Assembly: GCA_902573325.1 (NCBI GenBank)
Contig: CACGJH010000004.1
Span: 49,285-113,284 of the forward strand
DNA length: 64,000 nucleotides
Source of the DNA: an uncultured Alphaproteobacteria bacterium
GTDB lineage: Bacteria > Pseudomonadota > Alphaproteobacteria > HIMB59 > GCA-002718135
Reading direction: 5' to 3'
Below are positions 1 through 10,284 of this stretch, piece after piece (within the stretch, counting starts at the first letter, position 1; every line of letters starts with the position of its first letter). Under the pieces are notes generated by a model, which worked only from the letters and a program-made list of their open reading frames with translations, did not search any database and was not told the DNA's origin. The translations under genes and the position numbers were made by a program.

Positions 1-343
1 TATAAGCAAATAAAATACACAAAAGAATTGAAAAAAAGATATAAAGAAAAGAAATAAACATTTTTTTTGAATTTATTAAATTTACTACTTCATAAGAAAA
101 AGCAGAAAAGGTAGTAAATGAACCAAGTAAGCCAATTATTAAGAAAAACTTTACGAAATCTTCAGACAAACTCTTTGTATAATCAGAGGTAATTAAATAT
201 CCAATTAAAAAAGAACCTAAAATATTCACTGAAAGTGTTCCATAGATACTGGATGCAAATAAAGTTTTGCTGAGGCTGGTTAAGATATATCTCATGACGG
301 CCCCTGTTGCACCGCCAGTTGCTACAAACAATATATTAAACAA
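1..343 (-). CDS. crcB: Fluoride ion channel CrcB/FluC; the C-terminus runs off the left edge of the window
   Basis: Not in the ORF track because there is no stop in the window. My minus-strand translation from TTG at 343 reads (M)FNILFVATGGATGAVMRYILTSL..GTLSVNILGSFLIGY..GLLGSFTTFSAFSYEVV. These are the GGxxGAxxRY, NxxGxFxxG and GxxTTFSxFS motifs of CrcB. The in-frame TAG two codons upstream is the rplQ stop, so the start must be TTG 343 (or TTG 331). Confidence 0.8.
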   Translation of the reverse strand, partial: MFNILFVATGGATGAVMRYILTSLSKTLFASSIYGTLSVNILGSFLIGYLITSDYTKSLSEDFVKFFLIIGLLGSFTTFSAFSYEVVNLINSKKMFISFLYIFFSILLCILFAY

Positions 344-349
344 AAGTTT

Positions 350-787
350 CTAAATTTGAGGTTGTGGTTCAACTTCTTCCGTAGGTTTTTTTTCAATAAC
401 AGGGCCACTGTCTTGCCCTTTTGCATTTTCATCTCTGTCAACAAATTCTATTACCGCTGTAGGTGCATTATCACCAAATCTGTTTCCAAGTTTTATAATA
501 CGAGTGTACCCACCAACTCTATTCTTATACCTTTCAGCAAGAACATCAAAAACTTTTTTTGACATTTTTTGATCTTGTAAAATAGAAACAGTTTTTCTTC
601 GTGATAACAGCCCACCTTTTTTACCCAATGTTACTATTTTCTCAACAAATCTTTTAAGTTCTTTTGCCTTTGCTAAAGTAGTTGTAATCTGCTCATGTTT
701 AATAAGCGCATTTGACATGTTCATAAACATGGCCTTCCTATGAGAGGAGCTTTTATTTAATTTTTTATTTTTAATATTGTGCTTCAT
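350..787 (-). CDS. rplQ: 50S ribosomal protein L17
   Basis: 145 aa with [40 protein letters not shown]. Last gene of the alpha cluster, after rpoA. ATG start checked. Confidence 0.97.
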   Translation of the reverse strand: MKHNIKNKKLNKSSSHRKAMFMNMSNALIKHEQITTTLAKAKELKRFVEKIVTLGKKGGLLSRRKTVSILQDQKMSKKVFDVLAERYKNRVGGYTRIIKLGNRFGDNAPTAVIEFVDRDENAKGQDSGPVIEKKPTEEVEPQPQI

Positions 788-792
788 ATGAA

Positions 793-1815
793 TTATTTAT
801 TAAAAGGATCCTCATATTTCTTAGCTAATTCGTCAATATTTTCAGGTGGCCAATCAGGAACGGACATTCCCAAATTTAGTTCCATTTGTTGAAGAACCTC
901 TTTTATTTCATTTAAAGATTTTCTTCCAAAGTTAGGTGTTCTTAACATTTCAGACTCTGATTTTTGAACTAGATCTCCAATGTAAATAATATTGTCGTTT
1001 TTAAGACAATTAGCAGACCTTACAGACAATTCTAATTCTTCTACTTTTTTAAGTAGATTAGAATTAAATGAAAGTGCTTCAACTTTAGATTGATCAGGTA
1101 AAACTTCAGGTTCATCGAAATTTATGAAAGGTTGAAGTTGATCTTGTAGAATTCTTGCTGCCAAAGCAATAGCATCATCTGGAGAAATTGCACCATTTGT
1201 TTCAACTTCAAAAATTAACTTATCAAAATCAGTAACTTGTCCAACTCTGCTATTTTCAACTTTGTAGGATGCTTTTACAACAGGGCTAAACATTGCATCT
1301 AATTTGATCTCTCCAATAACTTTATCTTCATCTTCAGCGACCTCTGCTGAAACATATCCTTTACCAGTCTCTACATTTGCTTCAATTTCAATGTCAGCAT
1401 TAGTATCAAGAGTCATAATCAACTGATCGGGATTCATAATCTCTGTTTCAGAGTCAGTCTCAAAATTTCCTGCTCTTAACTCACCAGAGCCAGAAGATTT
1501 AAGATACATTTTTTTGAGTCCTGGAGAGTGAACTTTCACTGCCACAGATTTTAAGTTTAAAAGTATGTCAGTTAAATCTTCTTTTACACCGGATATAGTT
1601 GTAAATTCATGTACCACACCTTTTATTTTTACTGATGTAATAGCTGCGCCTTGTAATGATGAAAGTAATATTCTTCTTATTGAATTGCCTAATGTTAGAC
1701 CAAATCCACGTTCTAGTGGTTCAGCTGTAAGTTTTCCAATTCTTCCATTAGTTTCTTCAACGTTGACTTCCATCTTCGTAGGTTTAATTAATTCACTCCA
1801 ATTTTTTTGTAACAC
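793..1815 (-). CDS. rpoA: DNA-directed RNA polymerase alpha subunit
   Basis: 340 aa. N-terminal domain [27 protein letters not shown] and C-terminal domain [12 protein letters not shown]. The start codon at 1815 is GTG. Confidence 0.97.
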   Translation of the reverse strand: MLQKNWSELIKPTKMEVNVEETNGRIGKLTAEPLERGFGLTLGNSIRRILLSSLQGAAITSVKIKGVVHEFTTISGVKEDLTDILLNLKSVAVKVHSPGLKKMYLKSSGSGELRAGNFETDSETEIMNPDQLIMTLDTNADIEIEANVETGKGYVSAEVAEDEDKVIGEIKLDAMFSPVVKASYKVENSRVGQVTDFDKLIFEVETNGAISPDDAIALAARILQDQLQPFINFDEPEVLPDQSKVEALSFNSNLLKKVEELELSVRSANCLKNDNIIYIGDLVQKSESEMLRTPNFGRKSLNEIKEVLQQMELNLGMSVPDWPPENIDELAKKYEDPFNK

Positions 1816-1830
1816 GTAAATGCTCCTTTT

Positions 1831-2211
1831 TTAAACTCTTCTTCTTTTTCTTGGTCTACAACCATTATGGGGTATTGGAGTGACATCTTTAATTGAAGTA
1901 ATGACGTATCCAATTGACTGTAAAGATCTTAAAGCAGATTCTCTTCCAGAACCAGGACCAGAAACTTCAACTTTAAGATTTTTTAAACCATATTCCTTAG
2001 CTTTATTTCCAACATCTTCTGCAGCGATTTGAGCAGCATATGGAGTTGATTTTCTAGATCCTTTAAAACCTTTGTGACCCGAAGATGACCAAGCCAAAGC
2101 ATTTCCCTTATCATCAGTAATAGTTATAATTGTATTATTAAAAGATGAAACTATGTGAGCAACTCCTGAAGAGAATTTTTTCTTTACTTTAGATTTTTTC
2201 TTTTCAGCCAT
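1831..2211 (-). CDS. rpsK: 30S ribosomal protein S11
   Basis: 126 aa with [30 protein letters not shown]. Sits between rpsM and rpoA. Confidence 0.97.
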   Translation of the reverse strand: MAEKKKSKVKKKFSSGVAHIVSSFNNTIITITDDKGNALAWSSSGHKGFKGSRKSTPYAAQIAAEDVGNKAKEYGLKNLKVEVSGPGSGRESALRSLQSIGYVITSIKDVTPIPHNGCRPRKRRRV

Positions 2212-2212
2212 A

Positions 2213-2593
2213 TTAACCTTTAGTAACTTTTTTCTTTCCAGCTATTGCTACAGCTTTTCCTTTTCTTGTCCTTGCATTTGTATGGGTTCTTTGACCTCTT
2301 ACAGGTAATTTTTTTCGATGTCTTAAACCTCTGTAACAACCCAAATCATTCAATCTTTTAATATCAAGTGATATCTTTCTTCTCAAATCTCCTTCAACAG
2401 AATAGTCATTATCAATTACATCTCGAATTTTATTAATCTCATCATCGTTTAATTCGCTAACTCGCTTAGCAGTATCAATAGAAGCGTTATTACAAATATC
2501 AGTAGCTACTTTTCTTCCAATACCAAAGATATATGTAAGGGCTATGTTTATTTTTTTATTAGTAGGAATGTTAACACCCGATATTCTAGCCAT
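2213..2593 (-). CDS. rpsM: 30S ribosomal protein S13
   Basis: The track ORF starts at TTG 2605. ATG at 2593 gives the canonical N-terminus [10 protein letters not shown]. The C-terminal basic tail is typical of S13. Confidence 0.95.
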   Translation of the reverse strand: MARISGVNIPTNKKINIALTYIFGIGRKVATDICNNASIDTAKRVSELNDDEINKIRDVIDNDYSVEGDLRRKISLDIKRLNDLGCYRGLRHRKKLPVRGQRTHTNARTRKGKAVAIAGKKKVTKG

Positions 2594-2622
2594 AATGAAA
2601 TCCAAAAAAATGAATGAGGGTC

Positions 2623-2650
2623 ATTACATGATAATTGTGTATTTAGTCAA
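2623..2650 (-). promoter_or_regulatory. Candidate sigma70-type promoter for rpsM-rpsK-rpoA-rplQ(-crcB)
   Basis: On the minus strand: TTGACT (2650..2645), a 16-nt spacer, then TGTAAT (2628..2623). This lies about 30 nt upstream of the rpsM ATG, in the only gap larger than 20 nt in the 16-kb ribosomal block. Confidence 0.35.
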
Positions 2651-2679
2651 GAAAAGATATCTAAAATTTTGGCAGATTT

Positions 2680-3252
2680 TCATGATTTTTTGATTATTTG
2701 CTTAATTTTCTCAGTTATTTCATTAATTTGCAACGATCCATCTATTTCATAAAAAATAGATGAATATTTATCTTTATAGAAGTTAGATACTTTTTGAGTA
2801 GAGTTAAGATATTCATTGTATCTAGTCTCGATAACTTCAATTTTGTCATCATCTCTACTTTCTTCTGAAGATCTTTTTAAAATCCTATCTTTCAAAATTT
2901 CAAAATTTATTTGAATATCAAAAATACAATTTATTGTATTTGAAGTTTCTAAAAGAAAATTATCAAGAAATTGTGATTGCTTTAAGGTTCTAGGATAACC
3001 ATCTAATATAAAACCATTATTTGATTCTTTCTTTAATCTTGATGAGACAATAGAATTAAGGATATCATCAGATACTAAATTTCCTGAAGACATTATTTTT
3101 TTTAATTTGATTGCCAGATCATCTTTATCAAATAATTTTTTTCTTAAAATATCACCTGTTGAAAGATGTGGCACTTTTAAAAAATCAGATATTATGGTCG
3201 CTTGAGTACCTTTTCCTGCTCCAGGGGGGCCAAAAAAAATTAAGTTCTTCAA
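2680..3252 (-). CDS. adk: Adenylate kinase (short-LID form, 190 aa)
   Basis: P-loop FFGPPGAGKGTQ and GFILDGYPRT. The start codon is TTG at 3252, directly abutting the secY stop (TAG 3255..3253). There is no ATG upstream of the P-loop. Confidence 0.93.
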   Translation of the reverse strand: MKNLIFFGPPGAGKGTQATIISDFLKVPHLSTGDILRKKLFDKDDLAIKLKKIMSSGNLVSDDILNSIVSSRLKKESNNGFILDGYPRTLKQSQFLDNFLLETSNTINCIFDIQINFEILKDRILKRSSEESRDDDKIEVIETRYNEYLNSTQKVSNFYKDKYSSIFYEIDGSLQINEITEKIKQIIKKS

Positions 3253-4593
3253 CTATCTTCTACCTTTTAACTTAGTTTTTTTAAGCAATCCTTCATATTG
3301 ATGTTGGAATAAATGTGATTGAATTTGAGTTATAAAATCTATCATTACTACAACAACGATTAGTAATGCAGTTCCTCCAAGATAAAATGGTATAGAAGTT
3401 CTTGATAATAAAAATTCTGGCAACAATGCAACAAATGTTAAATAAATTGTTCCAATGGTAGTTAATCTTATCAAAACAAATTCAATATATTTAGCAGTAT
3501 TTTCTCCAGGACGTATACCAGGAATAAATCCTCCATATTTTCTTAAATTTTCCGCTTGTTCATCTGGATTAAAAACTATTGAAGTATAAAAAAACCCAAA
3601 AAATATAATCATTGCAGCATAAAAAGCTAAATATAAAGGCTGTCCTCTGCCTAAGTAACTAGAAATAAATATAAATATATCACTTGAAGAACCAGCACCA
3701 AATCCAGACATAGTATTAGGAAGAAGAAGAATTGAAGATGCAAAAATTACAGGAATTACACCAGCTGTATTTATTTTTAAAGGCAGATGCGAACTTTGAC
3801 CTCCATAAATTTTATTTCCAACTTGCCTTTTCGGGTATTGAACAGGCAGTCTTCTTTGAGCTTTTTCAACAAATACAATAAATATTATTAAGAGTAATAT
3901 TAAGATTAGTATACCTAAGATGAATGCTATGCTCAACTCGCCAGTTCTTCCTAGTTGAAGAGTGCTGACAAATGCACTTGGTAAGTTTGCAATAATTCCT
4001 GCAGTAATTATAAGTGATATACCATTTCCAACACCTCTTGAAGATATTTGTTCACCTAACCACATCAAAAATATTGTTCCTCCCACTAAAGTTATAACAG
4101 TGGTTAATCTGAAGAAAAGACCTGGCTCAAATACGATATTACCATATGTTGTCTGCATTGACTCCAAACCAATTGATACTCCATAACCCTGTACAGCTGC
4201 AATAATAACAGTCACATATCTGGTATATTGAAGTAACTGTCTTCTGCCTTTTGAACCTTGTTCTTTTAAAGATTTAAGCAAAGGAATTGCTGATTGCATT
4301 AATGTCATAATTATTGATGAAGAAATATAAGGCATTACTCCTAACGCAAATATACCCATCCTTCCTAAAGCACCTCCAGAAAAGGTATCAAAAATTCCCA
4401 GTATCCCCGATGACTGTTGTTCAAAAAATTGCTGAAGAGCTAAAGGATTAATTCCTGGAATTGGCAAGAAAGTCCCTAATCTAAAAACAATTAATGCCCC
4501 TAAAGTAAATAATAATCTTTGCCTCAGTTCAGTCGCTTTACCGAGTGCGCCGAAATTTAAATTATTTGCTATTCTATCTGCAGCCGTTGCCAT
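3253..4593 (-). CDS. secY: Preprotein translocase subunit SecY
   Basis: 446 aa multi-TM protein in the canonical position after rplO. Typical N-terminus ..LRQRLLFTLGALIVFRLGTFLPIPGI. Confidence 0.97.
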   Translation of the reverse strand: MATAADRIANNLNFGALGKATELRQRLLFTLGALIVFRLGTFLPIPGINPLALQQFFEQQSSGILGIFDTFSGGALGRMGIFALGVMPYISSSIIMTLMQSAIPLLKSLKEQGSKGRRQLLQYTRYVTVIIAAVQGYGVSIGLESMQTTYGNIVFEPGLFFRLTTVITLVGGTIFLMWLGEQISSRGVGNGISLIITAGIIANLPSAFVSTLQLGRTGELSIAFILGILILILLLIIFIVFVEKAQRRLPVQYPKRQVGNKIYGGQSSHLPLKINTAGVIPVIFASSILLLPNTMSGFGAGSSSDIFIFISSYLGRGQPLYLAFYAAMIIFFGFFYTSIVFNPDEQAENLRKYGGFIPGIRPGENTAKYIEFVLIRLTTIGTIYLTFVALLPEFLLSRTSIPFYLGGTALLIVVVVMIDFITQIQSHLFQHQYEGLLKKTKLKGRR

Positions 4594-5052
4594 TTACTTC
4601 TTCGTTAATTTAATCGTACCACCATTTTTTTCCAAATATTCTATTGCTTTTTTTGAAGCATAAGAAATTTCTAGATTGGTAGTATTGTCAAGTTTTCCAA
4701 CGTTTAATAATTTAAGAAATCCTCTAGATTTTTTAAATATTTTTTTATTAAATAGTTCGTCTTCTTTTATTTCTTTAGGGTCTAATTTGTGTTTTTTAAT
4801 TAAATTATTAATAGTATTAAAGTTAATATTTTGAATTTTAATTTTAAATGGATTTTTGAATCCTCTTTTAGGTAAACGTCTATATATTGGCATTTGACCG
4901 CCTTCAAAACCATTTATAGAAACACCTGATCTTGATTTTTGACCTTTAACACCCCTTCCAGAAGTTTTACCTAGACCTGAACCAGACCCTCTTCCTCTTC
5001 TTTTATTTTTTTTATTTGAAGTTAATGTTGATTTTAGTTCGTTAATTTTCAT
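4594..5052 (-). CDS. rplO: 50S ribosomal protein L15
   Basis: 152 aa with [26 protein letters not shown]. Confidence 0.96.
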   Translation of the reverse strand: MKINELKSTLTSNKKNKRRGRGSGSGLGKTSGRGVKGQKSRSGVSINGFEGGQMPIYRRLPKRGFKNPFKIKIQNINFNTINNLIKKHKLDPKEIKEDELFNKKIFKKSRGFLKLLNVGKLDNTTNLEISYASKKAIEYLEKNGGTIKLTKK

Positions 5053-5054
5053 AT

Positions 5055-5564
5055 TTAATTATTCTTGCTATTATTAATTTCGTTTACTTTTTTTGATCTT
5101 TTAGCAGCCACAGATTTAGGAGACTCTGACATTTTGAAAGCATTTAATGTTGCCTTCAACATGTTATGTGGATTAGATGTACCAGTTGATTTAGCAACTA
5201 CATCTTTTATACCTAAAGACTCAAACAGTGCTCTCATTGGACCTCCTGCAATAATACCAGTTCCTGGAGCAGCTGATCTTAGAATTACTTTTCCAGCACC
5301 AAAACGACCGATTGTATCATGATGAATAGTTCTATTTTCTTTGAGGTGGACTCTGATCATCTTAGTTTTTGCGTTTTCAGTTGCTTTTCTTACAGCTTCT
5401 GGAACTTCTTTAGCTTTGCCAGTTCCAATACCTACTCTTCCTTTATTATCGCCAACTATCATAATAGCTGCAAAACCAAACCTTCTACCACCCTTAACAA
5501 CCTTTGCCACTCTATTAATCGTAACTAAATGTTCTGTTAACTCGGATTTATCATTTTCAAACAT
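5055..5564 (-). CDS. rpsE: 30S ribosomal protein S5
   Basis: 169 aa with [26 protein letters not shown]. Confidence 0.97.
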   Translation of the reverse strand: MFENDKSELTEHLVTINRVAKVVKGGRRFGFAAIMIVGDNKGRVGIGTGKAKEVPEAVRKATENAKTKMIRVHLKENRTIHHDTIGRFGAGKVILRSAAPGTGIIAGGPMRALFESLGIKDVVAKSTGTSNPHNMLKATLNAFKMSESPKSVAAKRSKKVNEINNSKNN

Positions 5565-5572
5565 ATATACCT

Positions 5573-5905
5573 CTAAAAATTAAGACCTTCTACTCTTGCT
5601 GCTTCAGCAAGTATTTTTATTAATCCATGATATTTGTATTTACCTCTATCAAAGGCGACTTTGTCTATACCTTTGGAAATTATTTTTTTTGCAATGTTTT
5701 TACCAACTAACTCAGCTAACTCTTTTCTTGAAAGGTTTTTTTCTTTTACTGCTTTTTCTATAGATGAGGCACTAGCCAAAGTCACTCCTATATTGTCATC
5801 AATTAATTGTGCATAAATATGATTGTTTGATCTAAATACAGTTAATCTTTTTCTATTTGATACTTTTTTTGTTTTGTATCTTATTCTTTCTTTTCTATCT
5901 TTCAT
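5573..5905 (-). CDS. rplR: 50S ribosomal protein L18
   Basis: 110 aa with [43 protein letters not shown]. Confidence 0.96.
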   Translation of the reverse strand: MKDRKERIRYKTKKVSNRKRLTVFRSNNHIYAQLIDDNIGVTLASASSIEKAVKEKNLSRKELAELVGKNIAKKIISKGIDKVAFDRGKYKYHGLIKILAEAARVEGLNF

Positions 5906-5907
5906 AA

Positions 5908-6438
5908 TTATTTCTTTTTACCTTCTTTTCTAAAAATATATTCGTCAATATACTTTATTCCTTTTCCTTTAAATGGTTCTGGTTTTCTAAAGGATCGTAT
6001 TTTAGCTGCTGCTGCACCTAATTTTTCTTTATTAATACTAGTAAGTTTAATTAAATTTTGTTTTGGGCATTCAATTTTTACATCACTAGGAATTTCAAAA
6101 TTAATATCATGACTATATCCAAGCTCTAACTTTAATTTTGTACCAGAAACACTTGCTCTGTAACCTGTTCCATTCAATTCTAGTGTTTTACTAAAACCAT
6201 TTGTTACACCATTAATTGTGTTTGCAATTATAGCTCTTGTAGTTCCCCAATTTGGATCATTGTTTGCTTGATTAATAGGATGTACTGTAACTTCATCTTC
6301 ATTTATATTAACATTATAATCTGGATTAATATTTATTTGCATTTGACCTAATTTACCCTTTGCGGAAAAAATACCTTCATTAAAACTACATTCAATTTCT
6401 TTAGATATTTTAATAGGATTTTTTGCTATTCTTGACAT
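5908..6438 (-). CDS. rplF: 50S ribosomal protein L6
   Basis: 176 aa with MSRIAKNPIKI..GYSHDINFEIP..RKPEPFKGKGIKY. Confidence 0.96.
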   Translation of the reverse strand: MSRIAKNPIKISKEIECSFNEGIFSAKGKLGQMQININPDYNVNINEDEVTVHPINQANNDPNWGTTRAIIANTINGVTNGFSKTLELNGTGYRASVSGTKLKLELGYSHDINFEIPSDVKIECPKQNLIKLTSINKEKLGAAAAKIRSFRKPEPFKGKGIKYIDEYIFRKEGKKK

Positions 6439-6836
6439 TAAAAAACCTCACATAAAATTTCACCACCAACATTATTTTTCTTTGCTTGATGATCTGACAT
6501 AACACCTTTTGGGGTTGAAAGAATTGATATACCTAATCCTCCAAAAGGTTTGTTTAATTCATTAATTTTAGAATATTTTCTGATACCTGGTTTAGAAATT
6601 CTTTTAATTTTTTTTATAACAGGATTACCGTTATAATATTTTAAATCAATTTGAATTGAACTAACACCTTTTCTTTCTTCGATATTTTTAAAATCTCTAA
6701 TATATCCCTCATCTTTAAGTACACTCAAAACATTCAGATTTAATTTTGATTTGAGACATAAAGTTGAAACTTTATTTGCTTGGTGGGCGTTTTTAATTCT
6801 AGCTAGCATATCTGAAAGAGAGTCGTTAAAAGCCAT
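6438..6836 (-). CDS. rpsH: 30S ribosomal protein S8
   Basis: 132 aa with DSLSDMLARIKNA..GGEILCEVF. Overlaps rplF by 1 nt (TAATG). Confidence 0.96.
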   Translation of the reverse strand: MAFNDSLSDMLARIKNAHQANKVSTLCLKSKLNLNVLSVLKDEGYIRDFKNIEERKGVSSIQIDLKYYNGNPVIKKIKRISKPGIRKYSKINELNKPFGGLGISILSTPKGVMSDHQAKKNNVGGEILCEVF

Positions 6837-6845
6837 AATATCCTC

Positions 6846-7151
6846 CTACCAACTTGACTTCACAACCCCTGGTAAATCACCAGTCATTGAAAGTTCCCTT
6901 AGTTTTATTCTTGATAGTCCAAATTTTCTATAATTACCTCTTGGTCTACCAGTTATTTCACATCTATTTCTATGCCTAATTGAAGAACCATTTCTTGGAA
7001 GATCGTTAAGTTTGTTCTGATAAGACAATCTTTCTTCCAACGAAATATTCTTGTTTTTAATTTTTGATTTAAGAACTTCTCTTTTACTTCTATATTTTTG
7101 TATTAGTTTTTGTCTAAATAAGTTTTTTTGAATTGAGCTCAATTTTGCCAT
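6846..7151 (-). CDS. rpsN: 30S ribosomal protein S14 (long, 101-aa form)
   Basis: [26 protein letters not shown], ending in ..SSW. Confidence 0.96.
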   Translation of the reverse strand: MAKLSSIQKNLFRQKLIQKYRSKREVLKSKIKNKNISLEERLSYQNKLNDLPRNGSSIRHRNRCEITGRPRGNYRKFGLSRIKLRELSMTGDLPGVVKSSW

Positions 7152-7159
7152 ATTACTCC

Positions 7160-7711
7160 TTAATTAATTTTATTTTCATTAAAAGGCATATTAAAACTTT
7201 TTAATAATTCTAATGCCTCATTATTATTTTTTGCAGATGTACAAATTGTTATATCCATACCTCGTATTTTATCTACTTTATCGAAGTTTATTTCTGGAAA
7301 TATAACATGCTCTTTAATACCCATTGAGAAATTTCCATTACCGTCAAAACTTTTTAAATTTAAACCTCTAAAATCTCGTATTCTTGGTATAGCAATATTA
7401 ACTAACCTATCAAGAAACTCATACATGATTTTATTTCTTAGGGTTACTTTTACACCAAGAGGCATACCCTCTCTAATTTTGAAACCAGATATAGCTTTTT
7501 TTGACTTTGTTTTAATCGCTTTTTGTCCTGATATAAGTGATAAATCTTCAAGAGCTTTATCAATTAATTTAGAGTCATCCTTTCCTTCGCCAACTCCCAT
7601 ATTTAAAATAATTTTCTTTATCTTTGGAACCGCAAAGGAGTTCTTTAAACCAAGCTTATCTTTTAATTCACTTTTAATTTGGCTATTATATTGTTCTAAA
7701 AGTCTTGTCAT
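7160..7711 (-). CDS. rplE: 50S ribosomal protein L5
   Basis: 183 aa with [25 protein letters not shown]. Confidence 0.96.
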   Translation of the reverse strand: MTRLLEQYNSQIKSELKDKLGLKNSFAVPKIKKIILNMGVGEGKDDSKLIDKALEDLSLISGQKAIKTKSKKAISGFKIREGMPLGVKVTLRNKIMYEFLDRLVNIAIPRIRDFRGLNLKSFDGNGNFSMGIKEHVIFPEINFDKVDKIRGMDITICTSAKNNNEALELLKSFNMPFNENKIN

Positions 7712-8026
7712 TTAGATCTCTTTTCCTGATGATTTGTTTATTCTAAATTTTTTGTCTTTATCTATTTTGAAACCTATTTTGATGCCTTTTTTTAAATTTG
7801 TGTCATAAAATGAAAGATTAGAGATATGGATTGGCATCTCTTTATCAATAATGCCTCCAGGTTGATTGTTGTCTGGTTTTTGATTTTTCTTAACTTTGTT
7901 TATTTCAGAAACTATAGCTTTATTTTGCTTTGGGATCATTTTAATTATTTTACCTGTTTTACCTTTATCTTTTCCTGCTAAAACCATGACTTCATCACCT
8001 TTTTTCAATTTAAATTTTATATTCAT
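7712..8026 (-). CDS. rplX: 50S ribosomal protein L24
   Basis: 104 aa with the KOW motif KKGDEVMVLAGKDKGKTGKI. Confidence 0.95.
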   Translation of the reverse strand: MNIKFKLKKGDEVMVLAGKDKGKTGKIIKMIPKQNKAIVSEINKVKKNQKPDNNQPGGIIDKEMPIHISNLSFYDTNLKKGIKIGFKIDKDKKFRINKSSGKEI

Positions 8027-8394
8027 TATATTACCTCAGGTGCTAAACTAATTATTTTCATAAATTTTTTACTTCTAAGTTCTCTGGTAACTGGTCCAAA
8101 TATTCTTGTAGCTATTGGTTCCTCTTGCTTGTCTAATAAAACAGCAGCATTTTTATCAAATCTTATTGCAGTACCATCTGATCTTTTAAAATCTTTTGAT
8201 GTTCTAACTACTACAGCTTTATAAACGTCACCTTTTTTAACTTTTGCTCTTGGAAGTGCATCTTTAATTGAAACTACGATTATGTCTCCTATCGACGCAG
8301 ATCTTCTCTTAGATCCACCCAAAACTTTTATACATTGAATTTTTCTAGCACCAGAATTATCAGCTACAAAAAGATTAGATTGCATCTGTATCAT
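8026..8394 (-). CDS. rplN: 50S ribosomal protein L14
   Basis: 122 aa with [28 protein letters not shown]. Confidence 0.97.
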   Translation of the reverse strand: MIQMQSNLFVADNSGARKIQCIKVLGGSKRRSASIGDIIVVSIKDALPRAKVKKGDVYKAVVVRTSKDFKRSDGTAIRFDKNAAVLLDKQEEPIATRIFGPVTRELRSKKFMKIISLAPEVI

Positions 8395-8636
8395 TTTTTA
8401 TCTCCAATATTAGGCAAGACTTTCCATTTTTTTAGTTTTGAAATAGGCTTTGATTCTATTATGGATACAGTATCTCCAACATTAAATTCATTATTTTCAT
8501 CATGAGCGTGATATTTTTTTGTTTGTCTTATAATTTTTTTATAAAGTTTGTGTTTAATTCTTCTCGTAACATCAACAGTTATGGTTTTATTAGAATTAGA
8601 AGAAACAACTACACCAGATAAAACTCTCTTAGGCAT
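8391..8636 (-). CDS. rpsQ: 30S ribosomal protein S17
   Basis: The track ORF starts at 8654. ATG 8636 gives [12 protein letters not shown], the usual S17 N-terminus, and creates an 8-nt ATGCCTAA overlap with the rpmC stop. Confidence 0.93.
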   Translation of the reverse strand: MPKRVLSGVVVSSNSNKTITVDVTRRIKHKLYKKIIRQTKKYHAHDENNEFNVGDTVSIIESKPISKLKKWKVLPNIGDKK

Positions 8637-8823
8637 TCTTAACTCCATTTGCATTTGATAGTTTGGTTTTTAATCTAGCAATCTCTTTTTTAGTATTTCT
8701 AATTTGAGATGTTTTTTCTAATTGGCCAGAAGATTTTTGAAAATTCAAGTTTAAAATTAACTTTTTTAGATTGAGTATTTCTTCTTTGATCTTTTTGCTA
8801 TCTATATTATTTTTTTTATTCAT
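8629..8823 (-). CDS. rpmC: 50S ribosomal protein L29
   Basis: 64 aa helical protein in the position between rplP and rpsQ, with ..[20 protein letters not shown]. Confidence 0.92.
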   Translation of the reverse strand: MNKKNNIDSKKIKEEILNLKKLILNLNFQKSSGQLEKTSQIRNTKKEIARLKTKLSNANGVKNA

Positions 8824-9239
8824 TATATATTTCTTTCAACAAATTTACATTTAATTGGAAGTTTTGCAGCTGCAAGAGTCATTGCTTTTCTTGCATCATT
8901 TATATTAACACCATCAACTTCAAACATAATTCTTCCTGGCTTAACTCTACAAGCCCAATATTCAGTTGAACCTTTTCCTTTACCCATTCTGACCTCTGCT
9001 GGTTTTTTTGATACTGGTACATCAGGAAATATTCTAATCCACATTCTTCCAGCTCTCTTCAAATATCTTGTGATTGCTTTTCTTGCAGCTTCAATTTGTC
9101 TAGATGTAACTCTCTCAGGTTCCATTGCTTTAAGACCAAAACTTCCATAATTTAATTTATAATTCCCCTTAGAACTTCCGTGTATTCGACCTTTAAATTG
9201 TTTTCTAAATTTTGTCTTTTTAGGAGATAACATATTCAT
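8823..9239 (-). CDS. rplP: 50S ribosomal protein L16
   Basis: 138 aa with [26 protein letters not shown]. Confidence 0.97.
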   Translation of the reverse strand: MNMLSPKKTKFRKQFKGRIHGSSKGNYKLNYGSFGLKAMEPERVTSRQIEAARKAITRYLKRAGRMWIRIFPDVPVSKKPAEVRMGKGKGSTEYWACRVKPGRIMFEVDGVNINDARKAMTLAAAKLPIKCKFVERNI

Positions 9240-9916
9240 TATCTAACACTCCCTTGATCAATTTCTTTTTTTTCACTTGCATATGGATCCTTTAACAATA
9301 TCTCACCTTTATTAATCCAGACCTTAATTCCACAGATTCCATATGTTGTTTCAGCTTCAGCTGTAGAATAATCTATATCTCCTCTAAGTGTATGAAGCGG
9401 CACACTACCTTCGTGATATTTTTCAGTTCTAGCTATTTCAGCACCACCCAATCTTCCACTACAAACTACCTTTACTCCTTTTGCCCCTAATCTCATTGCA
9501 GATTGAACAGCTTTTTTCATAGCTCTTCTGAATGATATTCTTTTTTCTAGTTGCGAAGCTATATTTTCTGCAACTAACTTTGCTTCAACTTCTGGTTTTC
9601 TAACTTCTTTTATGTCTAAAAACACTTCAAGGCCTGACATTTTTGAGAGATCATTTTTTAATGTTTCTATGTCAGCACCTTTTTTTCCAATTATAATACC
9701 AGGTCTTGAACTGTATATTGAAAGTCTTAATTTTTTTGCTGCTCTTTCAATATTAATTTTAGAAATGCTTGCATTTTTTAATTTTTTTTCAACGTAGTTT
9801 TTAATTTTTAGATCTTGATGAAGTAGTTTAGTGTATTGATTTTTTGAAAACCATCTTGATGACCAAGTTTTATTTATACCAAGCCTAATACCGTAAGGAT
9901 TAACTTTTTGTCCCAT
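9239..9916 (-). CDS. rpsC: 30S ribosomal protein S3
   Basis: 225 aa with [24 protein letters not shown]. Confidence 0.97.
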   Translation of the reverse strand: MGQKVNPYGIRLGINKTWSSRWFSKNQYTKLLHQDLKIKNYVEKKLKNASISKINIERAAKKLRLSIYSSRPGIIIGKKGADIETLKNDLSKMSGLEVFLDIKEVRKPEVEAKLVAENIASQLEKRISFRRAMKKAVQSAMRLGAKGVKVVCSGRLGGAEIARTEKYHEGSVPLHTLRGDIDYSTAEAETTYGICGIKVWINKGEILLKDPYASEKKEIDQGSVR

Positions 9917-10284
9917 TATTTTTTTTCCTTTTTAATTTCAGATCTTTCTTCAACGACTATAGTTACTTTGCTGAATGGTTTAATAATTGATGCGGCTCTA
10001 CCCTTAGCTCGAGGTCTCCATCTTTTCATTCTTAAACTTTTTCCTACAAAAACCTCTTTTACGAAAAGTTTATCTATATCTAATTGTTTGTTGTTCTCAG
10101 CGTTTGCGATGGCTGCATTTAAAACATTTAAGATTGTTTTTGATATTCTTTTTGAAGAAAATTTAAGCTGGTTAATTGCAGTACTAACTTTCATATTTAC
10201 AATGCTATTAACTAATATAGACAACTTTGAAGGACTAATTCTAACCATATTATCTCTAGCAATAGCAGTTAAGTTTTGATTCAT
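9916..10284 (-). CDS. rplV: 50S ribosomal protein L22
   Basis: 122 aa. Position between rpsS and rpsC, with ..[36 protein letters not shown]. Confidence 0.95.
   Translation of the reverse strand: MNQNLTAIARDNMVRISPSKLSILVNSIVNMKVSTAINQLKFSSKRISKTILNVLNAAIANAENNKQLDIDKLFVKEVFVGKSLRMKRWRPRAKGRAASIIKPFSKVTIVVEERSEIKKEKK

Noticed and set aside
356-562. 68-aa plus-strand ORF inside rplQ. Similar antisense ORFs in the track lie at 1565-1819, 3962-4186, 5065-5583, 5634-5816, 6751-6933, 7425-7715, 9612-9797, 11408-11602, 15841-16029, 16382-16696, 17477-17659, 22401-22709, 23247-23486, 24103-24300, 25419-25637 and 26705-26914.
   Set aside because: All lie antisense to, and fully within, unmistakable highly conserved genes. 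They have low-complexity or hydrophobic mirror-frame composition and no start context. They are shadow ORFs typical of AT-rich DNA.
9908-10279. 123-aa hydrophobic ORF that looks like a small membrane protein.
   Set aside because: It is the exact antisense frame of rplV (9916-10284). Its hydrophobicity is the expected mirror of a Lys/Arg-rich ribosomal protein.
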